From assembly GCF_004010195.1 (NCBI RefSeq), contig NC_057719.1:3225512-3289511 (forward strand): DNA of 64,000 nt, read 5' to 3'. Below, one piece after another: positions 25,046 through 38,260 of the stretch (position 1 is the first letter of the stretch; every line of letters starts with the position of its first letter). Origin of the DNA: Chiloscyllium plagiosum (Eukaryota). A program made the position numbers and the translations under genes. The notes beneath the pieces are model-generated. The model made no database searches, had not been told where the DNA came from, and worked only from the letters and a program-made list of their open reading frames with translations.

Positions 25046-26599
25046 TCATGTTAACAGGAGTCAGGCCACTCCTGGTGGTGGGTCGACTCGAGGCATTAGG
25101 CATCTTTGGCCAGCCAACAGCCCCCTTTCCCAGGGGTTTGTGACTCAAAGTTACAGCCCAGGGCCCTGTAAGCTGCAGGGGTATCTGGGAGCAGCTGGAA
25201 TAGAGCTCACGCACAGAGAGCTCCACCTGGTCCTCTCAGCACTGACCAGCCACTGGACTAGGCAGAACCTTCAGCAATCTACTCAACCCCACACTCTCCG
25301 ACAACGCTGCCCCTGTTTGTATAGTGTACCCACTGGGCTCTCGCATTACATCAGTATTGCCCCTACCTCTGAGACAGGAGGTCTGGTTTCAAGTCCAACC
25401 TGCTCCACTTGGGGTGTCACAACATCCCTGAGCAAGCCGATGAGGGCAATATTCCTCCCATTGAGCCAGTCTAAGCCGTACAGAGTTAATGGTTGTGTCA
25501 TTTGGGTGGGGGGGTGGGAGGGTGTAATCTCTCTTTATAAAACTCCATCCCGATGGGGAGCACAGTCATTGTGTATATTTAAGGCTGAGATAGAGATCCT
25601 TGATCAGTTGGGGAATTGACGGGTTACAGGGAAAAGGCAGGAAAGTGGACATGAGGGATGTTAAGAGCAACCATGATCTTACTGAATGGCGGAGCAGGCT
25701 TGAGGGCCGAACGGCCTACTCTCGTTCCTATTTCTAATGATCTTTAAGCTTGAGATCATTCATTGAGAACGAGTTTGATGAGTCATAATTTCAACAAAGA
25801 GAAATAAAAATAGTTTGCACAGACTCAAAAATTTCTAAAATTATTAAAACCCTTGCTCAACATTTGACAAGTGATAGCACTATGAGGTGATCGGCTGCTA
25901 ACTTAAACAATTAATTTGTTTTCATTTAATAAACGTCCTTTAAAATGCATGATTCAGAATGCAAGAATGCTCATCAACAGGAAAAGTCCACTTAACGCAT
26001 CCACTTTGACTGATGTCATCACTTCCACCTCCTCAGCTAACCTCTCAGTCCCAGGGCTCTCCAAAAACCACATCCAAAAGCCCCTTCATCAAGTGTCTGC
26101 AATGAAATATTAATGTTTCTGTTCATTCCGCAGCACTGTTGGAAAATTCCAATTCAGTTTCTGACCATCATTGCCTGCTGTGTTGTGTTCTGATATTCCG
26201 AGCTCTGAGTACCATAGACTGGGATTATGCCACGTGGACCTGCAGATTGCAAGACACAACTGAGTGTGTCGGACTGGCTTGGGAATGTGAATGTTCCTCT
26301 GGCAAGCTCCTGTGTATCCATTAGGAAGTCCGACAGTTCTGAGGGCTCTGGGCTCACTCAAACCTAATGTTACCCAGGACATGTTAGAGGATTACAAATG
26401 TACTCAAAACACTGGATAGCTATTAAACTGACCACAGACCCATCAACAAATGCACCTTCCCCTGACCCCCATCCCAGATCCCTGACCACCGTTCTCCCCA
26501 GATTCGACCCTTTCCTCAGACAGAGACCAATCTGATTCTTTAACCCACACGCACCCGCCCAAATCCTTCTAGTCCCTGCAGAGAGATATCGAAGGTTAC

Positions 26600-27276
26600 A
26601 CAAATGGGCTAAACTACGCCAAATGGAATATAATGTGGAGAAAGTATAAGGTTATGCACTTTTGCAGGAAGAATAGAGGAGCTGAATATTGTTTAAATGG
26701 AGAAAGACTGCAGAAAGTTACAGCGCAGAGGGATCTGGATGTCCTGATTCACGAATTACAAGAAGCAAGCATCCAAGTTCATCAGGTAATCGGAGAGGCA
26801 AATGGAATATTGGCCTTTATTTCAAAGGAGTAGAACAAAGTTAGGGAAGTCTTGCTAAAACTATACAAGTCACTAGTAGAAAACAGTTGGAATATGTGAA
26901 CAACTTTGGCCCCTTTATTCAAAGAAAGATTTACTGGTTTTAGAGATTCACTCGGTTAATCCAAGTAATGGAGGGACTATCTTGTGAGGAGAGGTTGCGT
27001 AGGTTGGGCCTGTACTCCTTGGAGTTTAGAAGGAAGAGAGATGACCTTATCAAAACATATAAGATTCTTAAGGACTTGACAGGGCAGATAAAGGAGGGTT
27101 ATTTCCCCTTGTGGGAAGATTAGCACCATACAGCAGAATCTCAGAATAAAGGACATTTAACATAGAAATGAGGAGGAAATTCTTTTGGCGGGAATGCACT
27201 TGTTGAATTCTTTATCACAGACGGCTGTCGAAGCTGGGTCATTCCGTATATTCAAGTTTGAGAGAGACAGATTTTT
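26600..27276 (+). mobile_element. CR1 LINE 3' part, split by an L1 insertion (resumes ~32990-33040)
   Basis: KVMHFCRKNR...LNGERLQ...QRDLDVL. Its 3' end continues as gagacagatttttaatcaataaaggaatcaaggg after the L1. Confidence 0.8.
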
Positions 27277-27669
27277 TTTGTAAATTATGTTTATTAGCAA
27301 ATTTTTTTAACTTTACAAACATATAAAATTATTTAAAAATACAATCAATAACAAATATCAGTATAATAAAAAGGAAAGAAGCACAAATTACAATACAACT
27401 ACTGTCTAACTATTAACCTACCCTCTAATACAAAACAAGCCCTAACACTGTGCAAAGCAACACGAAAAAAAAAAAAGAAAAGCAAAAAAAACCAAAAAAA
27501 ACAGAATACAGAACAGCTATGCTGGGCGCAAAGCTCCCAAACAGAGGAACGGGAGCATTGTATACATACCCGTATTAACTCAGGAGACACCCTCCTGGGC
27601 CCAGGGCTTGACAAATCTAACTATCCTGGTTAAACAAATGCCCTAGTTAAGACAACTGACAAATCTGTT

Positions 27670-30600
27670 TCCAAATAACTCAAGTAGAGCTGTCATGTCT
27701 TATAAAAACGGTCTGTTGTGTGGTGCACCATGTTTGTAAAAAAGTCCAAGGGAATGTGCTCCATAATTAATTTCTGCCATCCCAGCAAGTCCCGCGGGTT
27801 CTCAGACACCCAGTTCATCAGAATATTCTTCCGTGCACAGTGTGCAAGAATATTAAATAGTTTCTTCCCATGCCCGTCTAAAGATGGTAAATTCGGTAGA
27901 CCTAAGAGGAGAGATATCGGGTCTACTTTGACTTCAGTCCTCAATCCCCTCCCTATCTCTCCTGCCACAGCGCTCCAGTAAACACAGAGCCTGTGGCATG
28001 TCCAGAAGCAATGGGTAAGAGTACCTACACTTATTTTACATTTGGGACACACTGAAGATGCCCTTTTTTTAAACTTCACCAGATGGTCTGGTGCAAGATG
28101 AGCCCTGTGCAGAACTTTCAACTGCGTAGTGCATGTCCTGTTACAGATTGAGATCTTTCGAGTATTCTCCCATATGTTCTACCATGTTTCAGAAGAGATC
28201 TCCACTTCCAGCTCTTGCTCCCAGACCTCACATAGCCGATTAATATCCTGCCAGGCCCTGCCACCCAGCAGACGATAGAGGGCACTAACCACTTGTGGAG
28301 TGTAGCAACAACCTCTCTGTATCGGGCTTATAGGGCTTAGTGAGAAGTGTTGTCATCTCCTTGATGAAATCCCTAACCTGAAAAAAATGGAAAAGATCTC
28401 TGCTGGGCAACCCGTATTTGCAGCTCAGTTGCTCAAAATCATCATAACCTCCCCCTCAAACAAGTCTCCCAAACTAGAAACTCCTCTCGCTGCCCATAGT
28501 TTGAACCCTGAGTCCATCATCCCTGGTGGGAACCCTGGCATGTCAACTATAGGTGTAAGTGGCGAAGTCTTGGATAAACAACCCTCACTCTAATGCATCG
28601 CCCTCCATGCCTTGACTGTACTAATGACAATGGGGTTCCGGCAGTGGTCCAAAACTGTCCTCATCTTATCCATGAACAACAGGTTAATAAGAGGGCACTT
28701 TGCTTGGGAGGCTTCAATATCCAGCCATATTGAGTTTGGATCGTTACCTACCCAATCGCAGACAAAGGACATCAGGGAACTCAATTGTACCTCCTGATGT
28801 CTGGGAAATCAACTCCTCCCCCTCCTTGAGGCAACTGCAATTTAGTAAGTTTGATGAGGGGCCGCCCACGATGCCAGACAAAGGAACCAAACCACCCCAT
28901 AAGTTTCCGCAGCATTGACCTGGGAAACATTATAGGGAGCATACGCATGGGATACAGCAAACGAGGAAAAACATTCATCTTAATGAGAGATATTCGGCCC
29001 AGCCACGAAATTGGAAGAGCCTCCCATCTCTGGAGATCTCGCCTAATATTGCCGAGCAAGTGAGCAAAATTAGTCCGCAATAACAGATCAAACTTGGGGG
29101 TAATAAAAATGCCTAGGTATTGGAACCCTCCCCGTGACCACTTAAAAGAGAACATAGAGCCACCTTCAACTTCTGGCACATCCTTAAGGTTCCTCAAAGG
29201 CATAGCCTCCGATTTTGCAAAGTTAATCTTATATCCTGAAATAGCCCCAAATGAATTGATACATTGTATGAAATGGGGTACGGAGGTCATTGGGTTTGAT
29301 AAAAACAGAAGGACATCATCTGCATACAGTAAAATCTTATGTGCCCTCGATCCCACTTCCGGAGCGGTTATGTGGATGTTCTGACGACTGGCCTCTGCCA
29401 GCGGCTCTATCACCAACGTAAACAACAACGGTGAGAGGGGGCAGTCTTGCCGACTACCCCTACCAATTGTAAAATTCCCAGACTTCACCCCGTTGGTGAT
29501 GACCGCGGCCAGAGGGTGGTGATGTAAAACATCTACCCACCTCGCAAAAACCCCACCCAACTCGAACTGTTCTAAGACATAAAAAAGATACGGCCATTCC
29601 ACCCGGTCAAATGCTTCCCTTGCAACTAAGGAAATCACCAACCCCTGAATCGATGGTTGCTGACAAACTTGGACCACATTCAGCAACCTTCTAATATTAT
29701 TAGAGGACCTACAGCCCCTTATAAAGCCTGTCTGGTCCTCTTTAATAATATGGGGCAACACCCTTTCCGATCTCAGCACCAGGATCTTAGACAGAATCTT
29801 GAAATCTGAATTTAATAGAGAGATGGGCCTGTATGAGGCAAAATCCTCAGGAACCTTCCCCTTCTTAGGAATTAAGGAAATATTAGCTTCTCTCAAAGAT
29901 GATGGTAGGCATTCATGTAAATAAGAGTGATTGTACAGCTCCAACATCGGCTCTGACAGAATCCCTATAAACTCCTTATAAAACTCACCTGAGAGACCAT
30001 CAGGGCCAGGTGCTTTCCCACTCTGAAGTTGCCTAGCTGCCTCCTGTATTTCCTGAACTGTCAAGAGGGCATTAAGGAGAGAGGCCTGTTCCAAGGTTGC
30101 CCTAGGAGGTCCAGGTTCTTAAAAAAGATCTCCATTTTCGCCCTCCTGTCCTCGCAACCTTCAGACCGATACAATTCAGAGTAAAAGCTCCAAAAAGCCT
30201 CATTAATCTTTTTAGCATCGTATGTAAGGACCCTGGCGCTGTCTCTGATTGCAATAATGGGTTGGGGGGGCACGCGTTTTCCTAGTCAGGTATGCTAAAC
30301 ACTTCCCTGGCCTATCCCCATATTCGAACAGCCTCTGTCTAGCAAAAGCAAGTTCTTTCTTAGCGTTTTGTGTCAGTATTGAATTCAAGGCAGCCCGAAG
30401 GGCCGTGATCCGCTGTAGCTTAGTCACCGAAGGCCGCGCAAAATGTGCCGCCTCCGCGGCTTTCAACCGCGTCTCAAGTAGACGCTGCTGTTCCTCCTTC
30501 TGTCATTTCTGGCTAGCCGAATAGGAAATAGCTAATCCACTGGCAAAGGCCTTAGCAGTCTCCCATAACATGGATGGACTACTAGCCGTGCCTGAGTTGA

Positions 30601-31305
30601 TAGTCAAGAATTCCTGAAACTCCTTCAAAACGTATTCCACAAATTTGGAATCCTTAAGGAGAAAAGGGTCCAAATGGCAGTGCTGCAAACCTAGCCCTTC
30701 ACTCTTAGTCTTAACCTCCAAATATACTGCCGCATGATCAGAGATAGCTATATTCCCAATTTTACAACCCATAATCGAATCCAGAACGGTTGAGGGAGCC
30801 AGAAAGAGGTCAATCCTTGTGTGACATTTATGTGGGTTTGAAAAAAAGGTGAAGACATCTCCAAATATCCACCAGCCCCAACTCCTCGCATAAGTCAACC
30901 TGTTCCAAAAGCACTCAACTTAGAGAAAGCACTAATCAAAAATTTGAGGGGATGCACCGGAGGACAGTAGATGTTTAAAATGCCATATTTCTCCCCATGT
31001 ATCAGGGCTTTAAGTATCACAAACTGTCCCTGCTCATCTTTCACCTGCTCTAATAATATGAACAGAAGATTTTTCTGGATGAGTACCACCATTCCCTTAC
31101 TTTTAGTAGTAAAGGATGAAAAGAATACCCAGTCATAACCTTCCTGTTGTAATTTCAGGTGTTCCCCATCATCTAGATGGGTTTCCTGCTACAAAGCGAT
31201 CTCAACCCTTTCCCTCTTAAGGCTAGAAAGCACTTTTTTCCTTTTAACAGGTGAATGACTTCCCTTAATGTTCCAGGTGCACCATTTAATAAGACACTTA
31301 GCCAT
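27670..31305 (-). pseudogene. L1 ORF2 (AP endonuclease, reverse transcriptase, CCHC knuckle), frameshifted
   Basis: Starts MAKCLIKWCTWNIKG at 31305, then RIDLFL/ISDHAAV, GKAPGPDG, YRPISLLN, LYADDVLL, and CPKC..GTLTHCFWTC. Confidence 0.9.
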
Positions 31306-31943
31306 ATCCTCTTTCAGAGACCCTTCAACCCATGGGAGGGAGAACCCTGCTTACAAAGCGCTGAGCACAAGTAAATAAAGACTCATAGATACAAAAACTA
31401 CTCTATCATGACTATAAACAACTATTACTACCAAAAAGCTACAAAGAAAACCGACTATAGAACCTTGAATGGAAGCCTCTTCCCCCTGCCCATAGGGGGC
31501 ACTCACCCCACCCATCCGCTCCTTCACAGCTCCTTCAAACCCGGACTGTGCCCCAGCCTTAGGCCAGAAAACAAAAACAAGGAGATGATCCTTAAATCAA
31601 CAGAAAAAAAGACAAAGTCAGGATGAGCACCCTGCCAATCCCTGGCTTCATGTCACCCCGACTTGTGACTAAAAGAGAAACAGAACAAACAAAAAAAAGG
31701 GGAGAGACAACAAAGAACATCCACAACATTTCCCCTCAGAAAATCCAGTTATTAAAAAAAGGAACAACTTATTCCAAAGTCTTTTTTCCCCCTTTCCAAA
31801 AAGGAAATTATTAGGGAGAAAGAAAGGAATAAAAAAAGGAAGGGAAAACATGGGAAAAGATAGAAAAGAAAAAAAGGAAGGGAAAACATGGGAAAAGATA
31901 GAAAAGAGCACAAACATTAACCACATTCTTAAAGCCAATCCGT

Positions 31944-32825
31944 CTATTTTAAAGTGTCCACAAAGTTTTTAGCCTTATCCGCCGGGTCAAATGTATAAAC
32001 TTAGTCCTCGTGGCTGGAACGAAGTACTGCGGGGTATCTCACGGAGTATTGGATACCCAGGTTCCTCAGCCTCTTTTTAACTTCATCGAAGGACTTCCTC
32101 TTTCGGATTACAGCTGCTGAAAAATCCTGGAAAAACATGATTTTTGACCCCTTGTACAGCAGTGCCTGCGGATCTTTTCCCAGGGATCTGGAAGCTCCTA
32201 TGACTTGTTGCTTGTCCTTATATGAGTGAAAGTGCACTAGGACAGAGCAGGGGCGCTGCACCGGGCCTGACCTGTGCACTGTAACCCGATAAACCCTTTC
32301 AATCTGAAGCCTGCTGGACTCCATGTGAAGGCCCAAAAACTTCGGCAGCCAGCTTTCAAAGAAGCTGACTGGCTGCTCACATTCCTCACCTTCAGGAAGC
32401 CCGACAAATCGGAGATTTATCCTCTGACCTCGATTTTCGAGCTTGTCGATATGGTCTCGCAAGGCCCGCACCTCTCGCTCCAGCACCTGGATCCGACTGG
32501 ATGAGAACTCCATCGCAGCTTCCGAGGCCTTAGTTCGACCCTTCACCTCCTCCAGCCACTCCCCGAGGCCCTGGATCCCCTGATCGTGCTTCTGCAGCAT
32601 GGATGCGATAGGTTGGACCTGGGCCCGAATCTCCCCACGGGTCTCCCCAATCGCAGCCCCAACTTTCAACGTAAGTCTCTCCATCGCCGCAGCCAATTCC
32701 TGTGAGTCTGTCAGGTCCCCAGGGGGTTCAGGAGAGGCTGCTGTTGCTGCAGTCTCTGGTGTGGTAGGTGCTGCAGGGGAGTGTCCTCCCTGCTGCTGTT
32801 TGCTCAATCCTTTTCCCTTTGGCAT
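31944..32825 (-). pseudogene. L1 ORF1 (coiled coil, RRM, CTD) with one premature stop near the C-terminus
   Basis: ATG at 32825; LENRGQRINLRFVGLPEG, IERVYR, FFQDFS motifs. After the TAA at 32001-32003 the frame continues VYTFDPADKAKNFVDTLK* to 31944. Confidence 0.85.
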
Positions 32826-33039
32826 CCTTCCCACTCCCAAATATTAACAAATATGTGTTCTGTAAGGTTCTAAACTAATAATTCCACCACATAAGTTGGC
32901 CAGGGATGCCAAAAAACACCAGTATGCCTTGGCTGTTAGGCAGAGCTGTCCACAGCAGTTCTACAGAACGCCGTCACCTTGCCGAGTCCAGAGAGACAGA
33001 TTTTTAATCAATAAAGGAATCAAGGGTCATGGGGAAATT

Positions 33040-33575
33040 TGCAGGGTGAGCAGTTCCCATGTATTTGCTGCCATTATCCTTCTAGATGGAAGTTGTCGAT
33101 AGTTTGGAGTGCTTTTACCCGAAACGTCGATTTCCCTGCTCCTTGGATGCTGCCTGACCTGCTGTGCTTTTCCAGCACCACTCTGATCTAAACTCTGGTT
33201 TCCAGCATCTGCAGTCCTCACTTTTGCCTGGAAGCTTGGAAGGTGCTGTCTGAGGATCTTTGGTGAATTTCTGCAGTGCATCTTGTAGATGGTAGACCCT
33301 GAGTGTTGATGGTGGAGGGAGTGGGTGTTTGTGGATGTGGGGCCAATCAAGCGGCTGCATTGTCCTGGATGGTGACAAGCTTCTTGAGTGATGTTGGAGC
33401 TGCCCCCATCCACGGCAAGTGGGGAGTATTCCATCACACTCCTGACCTGTGCCTTGTAGATGGTGGACAGGCTTTGGGGAGTCAGGAGGAGAGTTACTCA
33501 CTACATTATTCCCAGCCTCTGACCTGCTCTGGTAACCACTGTGTTTATGTGACAAGTCCAGATTGGTTTCTCATT
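33040..33575 (-). mobile_element. CR1/L2-group LINE 3' fragment (family of 39680-41065) containing a PLE tail at ~33116-33228
   Basis: MEYSPLA.., STIYKMHCRNSPKILRQHLP, with inserted cccgaaacgtcgatt...gcagtcctcactt. Confidence 0.75.
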
Positions 33576-33715
33576 GAGTAATAGAGTCATACAGCATAGA
33601 AACAGGCCCTTCGGCCCACCATGTTTATGCTAACCGACTACACTAATCCATTTAGCAGCATTTGATCCATAGCCAATTGCCCTTGCATTGTAAGTACTTA
33701 CCCAGATGTTTCTTA

Positions 33716-35988
33716 GACTCATAGAGATGTACAGCATGGGAAACAGACCCTTCAGTCCAACTCATCCATGTCGAGCAGATATCCCAACCCAATCTAGTCC
33801 CATTTGCCAGCACTTTCCCTCTAAATCCTTCCTATTCACATACCCATCCAGATACCTTTTAAATATTGTAATTGTACTACCTTCCACCACATCCTCTGGC
33901 AGCTCATTCCATACACGCACCACCCTCTGTGTGAAAAAGTTGCCCCTTAGGTCCCTTTTAAATTTTTCCTCTCTCATCTTAAACATATGCCCTCTAGTTC
34001 TGGACTCCCCCACCCCAGGGAAGAATCTTTGTCTTTTTACCCTATCCATGCCCCTCATGATTTTATAAACCTCTATAAGGTCAACCCTCAACCTCCGAAG
34101 CCCCAGGGAAAACAGCCCCTGGCAACATTTCTGAACCCTTTCAAGTTTCACAACATCTTTCCGATAGGAAGGAGACCAGAATTGCACGCAATATTCCAAC
34201 AGTAGCCTAACCAATGTCCTGTACAGCCACAACATAACTCCTGTACTCAATACTCTGACTAATAAAGGAAAATTTACCAAACACCTTCTTCACTATCCTA
34301 TCTACCAGCAATTCCACTTTCAAGGAGCTATGAACCTGCACTCCAAGGTCTCTTTGTTCAGCAACACTCCCCAGGACCTTAACATTAAGTGAATAAGTCC
34401 TGCTAAGATTTGCCTTTCCAAAATGCTGCACCTCGCATTTATCTGAATTAAACTCCATCTGCCACTCCTTAGCCCATTAACCATCTGATTAAGACTCCGT
34501 TGTACTGTGAGGTAATCTTCTTTGCTGTCCACTACACCTCCAATTTTGGTGTCATCAGCAAACTTACTAACTGTACCTCCTATGTTCACATCCAAATCAT
34601 TTATGTAAATGACAAAAAGCAGTGGACCCAGCACTGAACCCTGTGGTACACCACAGATCACAGGCCTCCAATCTGAAAAACAACCCTCCATCACCACCCT
34701 CCATCTTCTACCTTTGAGCCAGTTCTGTATTCAAATGGCTCGTTCTCCCTGTATTCCATGAGATCTAACCTTCATAACCAGTCTACCATAAGGAGCCTTG
34801 TCAAAGCCTTACTAAGTCCACGTAGATCACGTTCACTGCTCTGTCGTCATCAATCCTCTTCGTTACTTCTTCAAAAAAGGCTTCTCATTTTCCAGCCATC
34901 CCTTTACCTGTGAACATCTGCCCCCAATCAGCTTTCCCAAGAGTGGGTCAAGTTTTGCACCTTCTCTAGTAGGTACATCCACATACTGAATCAGAAAATT
35001 GTCTTGTACACACTTAACAAACTCGTCTCCATCTGAATCCTTAACTTTATGGCAGTCCTAGTATATGTTTGGAAAGCTAAACTCCCCTATCATAACCACT
35101 CTATTATTTTTACAGGTAACTGAAATCTCCTTACAAATTTGTTTCTCAATTTCCCTCTGACTATTGGGGGGGGTCTATAATACAATCCCAATAAGGTGAT
35201 CATCCCTTCCTTATTTCTCAGTTCCACCCAAGTAACTTCCTTGGACGTATTTCCGGGAATATCCTCCCTCAGCACAGCTATCCCTTATCCCTTATGCTAT
35301 CCCTTATCAAAAATGCCACTCCCCCTCCTCTCTTGCCTCCCTTTCTATCCTTCCTATAGCATTTGTATCCTGGAACATTAAGCTGCCAATCCTGTCCATC
35401 CCTGAGCTATGTTTCTGTAATTGCTATGATATCCCAGTCCCATGTTCCTAACCACGCCCTGAGTTTATCTGCCTTCCCTGTTAGACCTCTTGCATTGAAA
35501 TAAATGCAGTTTAATTTATCAGTCCTACCTTGTTCTCTGCTTTATCCCTGCCTGCCCTGACTGTTTGACTCACTTCTGTTCTCAAGTGTACCAGGCTCAG
35601 ATTGATCTCTTTCTTCACTATCCCTCTGGGTCCCACCACACACACACACACACACACACCGCCTCCACCTTACTAGTTTAAATCCTCCTGAGCAGCCCTG
35701 CCAGTTTCTTAGTTCCCTTCCAATACAAGTGCAATCTGTCCTTCTTCTACCCCAGAAGAGACTCCAATGATCCAAAAATATGAACCCTTTTCCCATACAC
35801 CAGCTCCTCAGCCATGCATTCATCTGCTCTATCCTCCTATTCCTACCCTCCTACCCTCGTAGCACCGGGTGTAATCCAGATATTATTACCCTCGAGGACC
35901 TCCTGCCTAACTCTCTGTAATCTCTCTTCAGAATCTCATCCTTTTCCCTTCCTACGTTGTTGGTACCAATGTGTACAATCACCTCCTG
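33716..35988 (-). mobile_element. CR1 (HER1-like) LINE with esterase ORF1 remnant, EN and RT; internally deleted
   Basis: NAWLRSWCMGKGFIFLDHW (esterase), LLGLYYRPP (EN), GVPQGSVLGP and KFADDTKIG (RT), plus the 3' end. Confidence 0.9.
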
Positions 35989-36400
35989 TGGGAGTCAGTC
36001 GGTTTATAGTAAATGTCCGTGTTGATTCGGTCGCCCGAGATAGAAATGGAGAGGTCTAGGAAGAGGAGGTAGGGGTCTGAGACGGTCCAGGTAAATTTGA
36101 GGTTGACTCCCACAGCTACCTAGACTACACCTCCTCCCACCCTGCCCCCTGTAAAAACGCCATCCCATATTCCCAATTCCTTCGTCTCCGCCGCATCTGC
36201 TCCCAGGAGGTCCAGTTCCAAAACCGTACAACCCAGATGGCCTCCTTCTTCAAAGACCGCAATTTCCCCCCCAGACGTGATCGACGATGCCCTCCACCGC
36301 ATCTCCTCCACTTCCTGCTCCTCCGCCCTTGAGCCCCGCCCCACCAACCGCCACCAGGACAGAACCCCACTGGCCCCCACCTACCACCCCACCAACCCCC

Positions 36401-36654
36401 NNNNNNNNNNNNNNNNNNNNNNNNNNNNNNNNNNNNNNNNNNNNNNNNNNNNNNNNNNNNNNNNNNNNNNNNNNNNNNNNNNNNNNNNNNNNNNNNNNNN
36501 NNNNNNNNNNNNNNNNNNNNNNNNNNNNNNNNNNNNNNNNNNNNNNNNNNNNNNNNNNNNNNNNNNNNNNNNNNNNNNNNNNNNNNNNNNNNNNNNNNNN
36601 NNNNNNNNNNNNNNNNNNNNNNNNNNNNNNNNNNNNNNNNNNNNNNNNNNNNNN
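36401..36654. other. Assembly gap
   Basis: N run. Confidence 1.
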
Positions 36655-37002
36655 TCCACTAAGGACATGCAGGTCCTTGGACTCCTCCATCGCCAGACTA
36701 TAGCAACACGACGGCTTGAGGAAGAGAGCCTCATCTTCCGCCTAGGAACCCTCCAACCACAAGGGATGGACTCAGATTTCTCCAGTTTCCTCATTTCCCC
36801 TCCCCCTACCTTGTCTCAGTCAAATCCCTCAAATTCAGCACCGCCTTCCTAACCTGCAATCTTCTTCCTGACCTCTCCGCCCCGACCCCCACTCCGGCCT
36901 ATCACCCTCACCTTAACCTCCTTCCATCTGTTGCATTTCCAATGCCCCTCCCCCAAGTCCCTCCTCCCTACTTTTTATCTTAGCCTGCTGGGCACACTTT
37001 CC

Positions 37003-37040
37003 TCATTCCTGAAGAAGGGCTTATGTCCGAAACGTCGATT
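37003..37040 (+). ncRNA. Minimal type-I hammerhead ribozyme motif
   Basis: cattc-CTGAAGA-a-gggc(ttat)gtcc-GAAAC-GTC-gatt, with a G-U pair in stem II. Confidence 0.7.
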
Positions 37041-37109
37041 CTCCTGTTCCTTGAATGCTGCCTGACCGGCTGTGCTTTTCCAGCAACACTTTTTCAGCTC
37101 TGATAAGTT

Positions 37110-37765
37110 TCTCAACCCCATTCTCCTGTTGTCTCCCCATAACCCTTGATCTCCTTGATACTCAAGAAACTATCTGTCTCAGTCTTAAATACACTCAATG
37201 ACCTGGCCTCCACAGCCTTTGGTGGCAATGAATTCCATATATTCCCCACTCTCTGGCTGAAGACATTTCTCCTTTTCTCCATTCTAAAAGGTCTTCCCTT
37301 TACTCTAAGGCTGTGCTCTCGGGTCCTAATCTCTCCTACCAATGGAAACATCTTCCCAACATCCACTCTGTCCAGGCCATTCACCCCATTGAGTAAGCTT
37401 TTCATTCCTGGGGCCATTCTCGTGAACCACCTCTGAACACACTCCAGGGCCAGTACATCCTTCCTGAGATATAGGGCCCAAAACTGCACACAATACTCAA
37501 ATGTGGTCTGACCAGGGCCTTATAGAGTCTCAGAAGTATGTCCCTGCTTTTATTTTCAATTCCTCTCAAAATAAATGCTAGCATTACATTTGCCTTCCTG
37601 ATTACCAACTCAACCTGCAAGTTTACCATGAGAGAATCCTGGACTAGAACTCCCAAGTCTCTTTGCACTTCAGACTTCTGAATTTTCTCCCCATTTAGAA
37701 AATACTCCACGCCTCTATTCTTCCTACCAAAGTGCATGACCTCACACTTTCCCACATTGTATTCA
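37110..37765 (-). mobile_element. CR1 LINE 3' fragment
   Basis: ORFs 37402..37755 (KCEVMHFGRKN, LYKALVRPHL) and 37112..37489. Confidence 0.85.
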
Positions 37766-37767
37766 TT

Positions 37768-37882
37768 TTTGTTGTGGTTCTGTTCGCCGAGCTGGGAATT
37801 TGTGTTGCAGACGTTTCGTCCCCTGTCTAGGTGACATCCTCAGTGCTTGGGAGCCTCCTGTGAAGCGCTTCTGTAATCTTTC
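37768..37882 (-). mobile_element. Short PLE terminal fragment with intact hammerhead motif (37807-37846)
   Basis: Minus strand reads gca-CTGAGGA-t-gtcacc(tagaca)ggggac-GAAAC-GTC-tgc. Confidence 0.75.
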
Positions 37883-37944
37883 CTAGCAGTAATTAACTTA
37901 GGAAAATGGCTGGCTTATAATTCTCCAGAATAGCCTAGGAGTCT

Positions 37945-38260
37945 TTTTTCATTCATTTGCAGGATGTGGGCCAATGTTTACTGCCCATCCTTAATTACTC
38001 AGAGGGCAGCAATGAGACAATGAGGTCTGGACTCACAAGTAGGCCAGAGTAGGTAGGGACAGCAGATTTCCTTCCCTGAAGGACATTAGTGAACCCGATG
38101 GGTCTATATCACAATTGGCGATGGTTCCACGGTTCCCATAAGCCTGGCCTTTTAATTCCAGAATTTTCTTTTTGATTGAATTCAACTTCCAGCATCTGCC
38201 ATGGTGGGAATCAAACCCATTTCCCTGGAACATGAACCTGCGGGTTCTCGATTACCAGGC
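37945..38260 (-). mobile_element. Deu-domain SINE (SacSINE1-like)
   Basis: Reverse strand has B-box gggtttgattcccaccatggcag and the Deu-like core ggttcactaatgtccttcagggaaggaaatctgc. Confidence 0.7.

Larger units (their letters stand above)
27277..32989 (-). mobile_element. Full-length L1 retrotransposon (~5.7 kb) with 16-bp TSD
   Basis: TSD agagagacagattttt at 27261-27276 and 32990-33005. Contains ORF1, a spacer, ORF2 (EN-RT-zinc knuckle) and a short poly(A) merging with the TSD. Confidence 0.92.
35989..37105 (+). mobile_element. PLE fragment with inverted 5' segment, spanning a gap, ending in a hammerhead-bearing terminus
   Basis: HPAPCKNAIPYSQFLRLRRIC and RRLEEESLIFRLGTLQPQG; core CTGAAGA...GAAACGTC at 37009-37036. 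Confidence 0.85.

Noticed and set aside
24969..25619. 216-aa ORF
   Set aside because: Non-ATG start, no recognisable domain, overlaps repeat remnants, and has no clear splice support.
32001..32840. L1 ORF1 as a domesticated host gene (L1TD1-like)
   Set aside because: It lies inside a complete TSD-flanked L1 and carries a premature stop.
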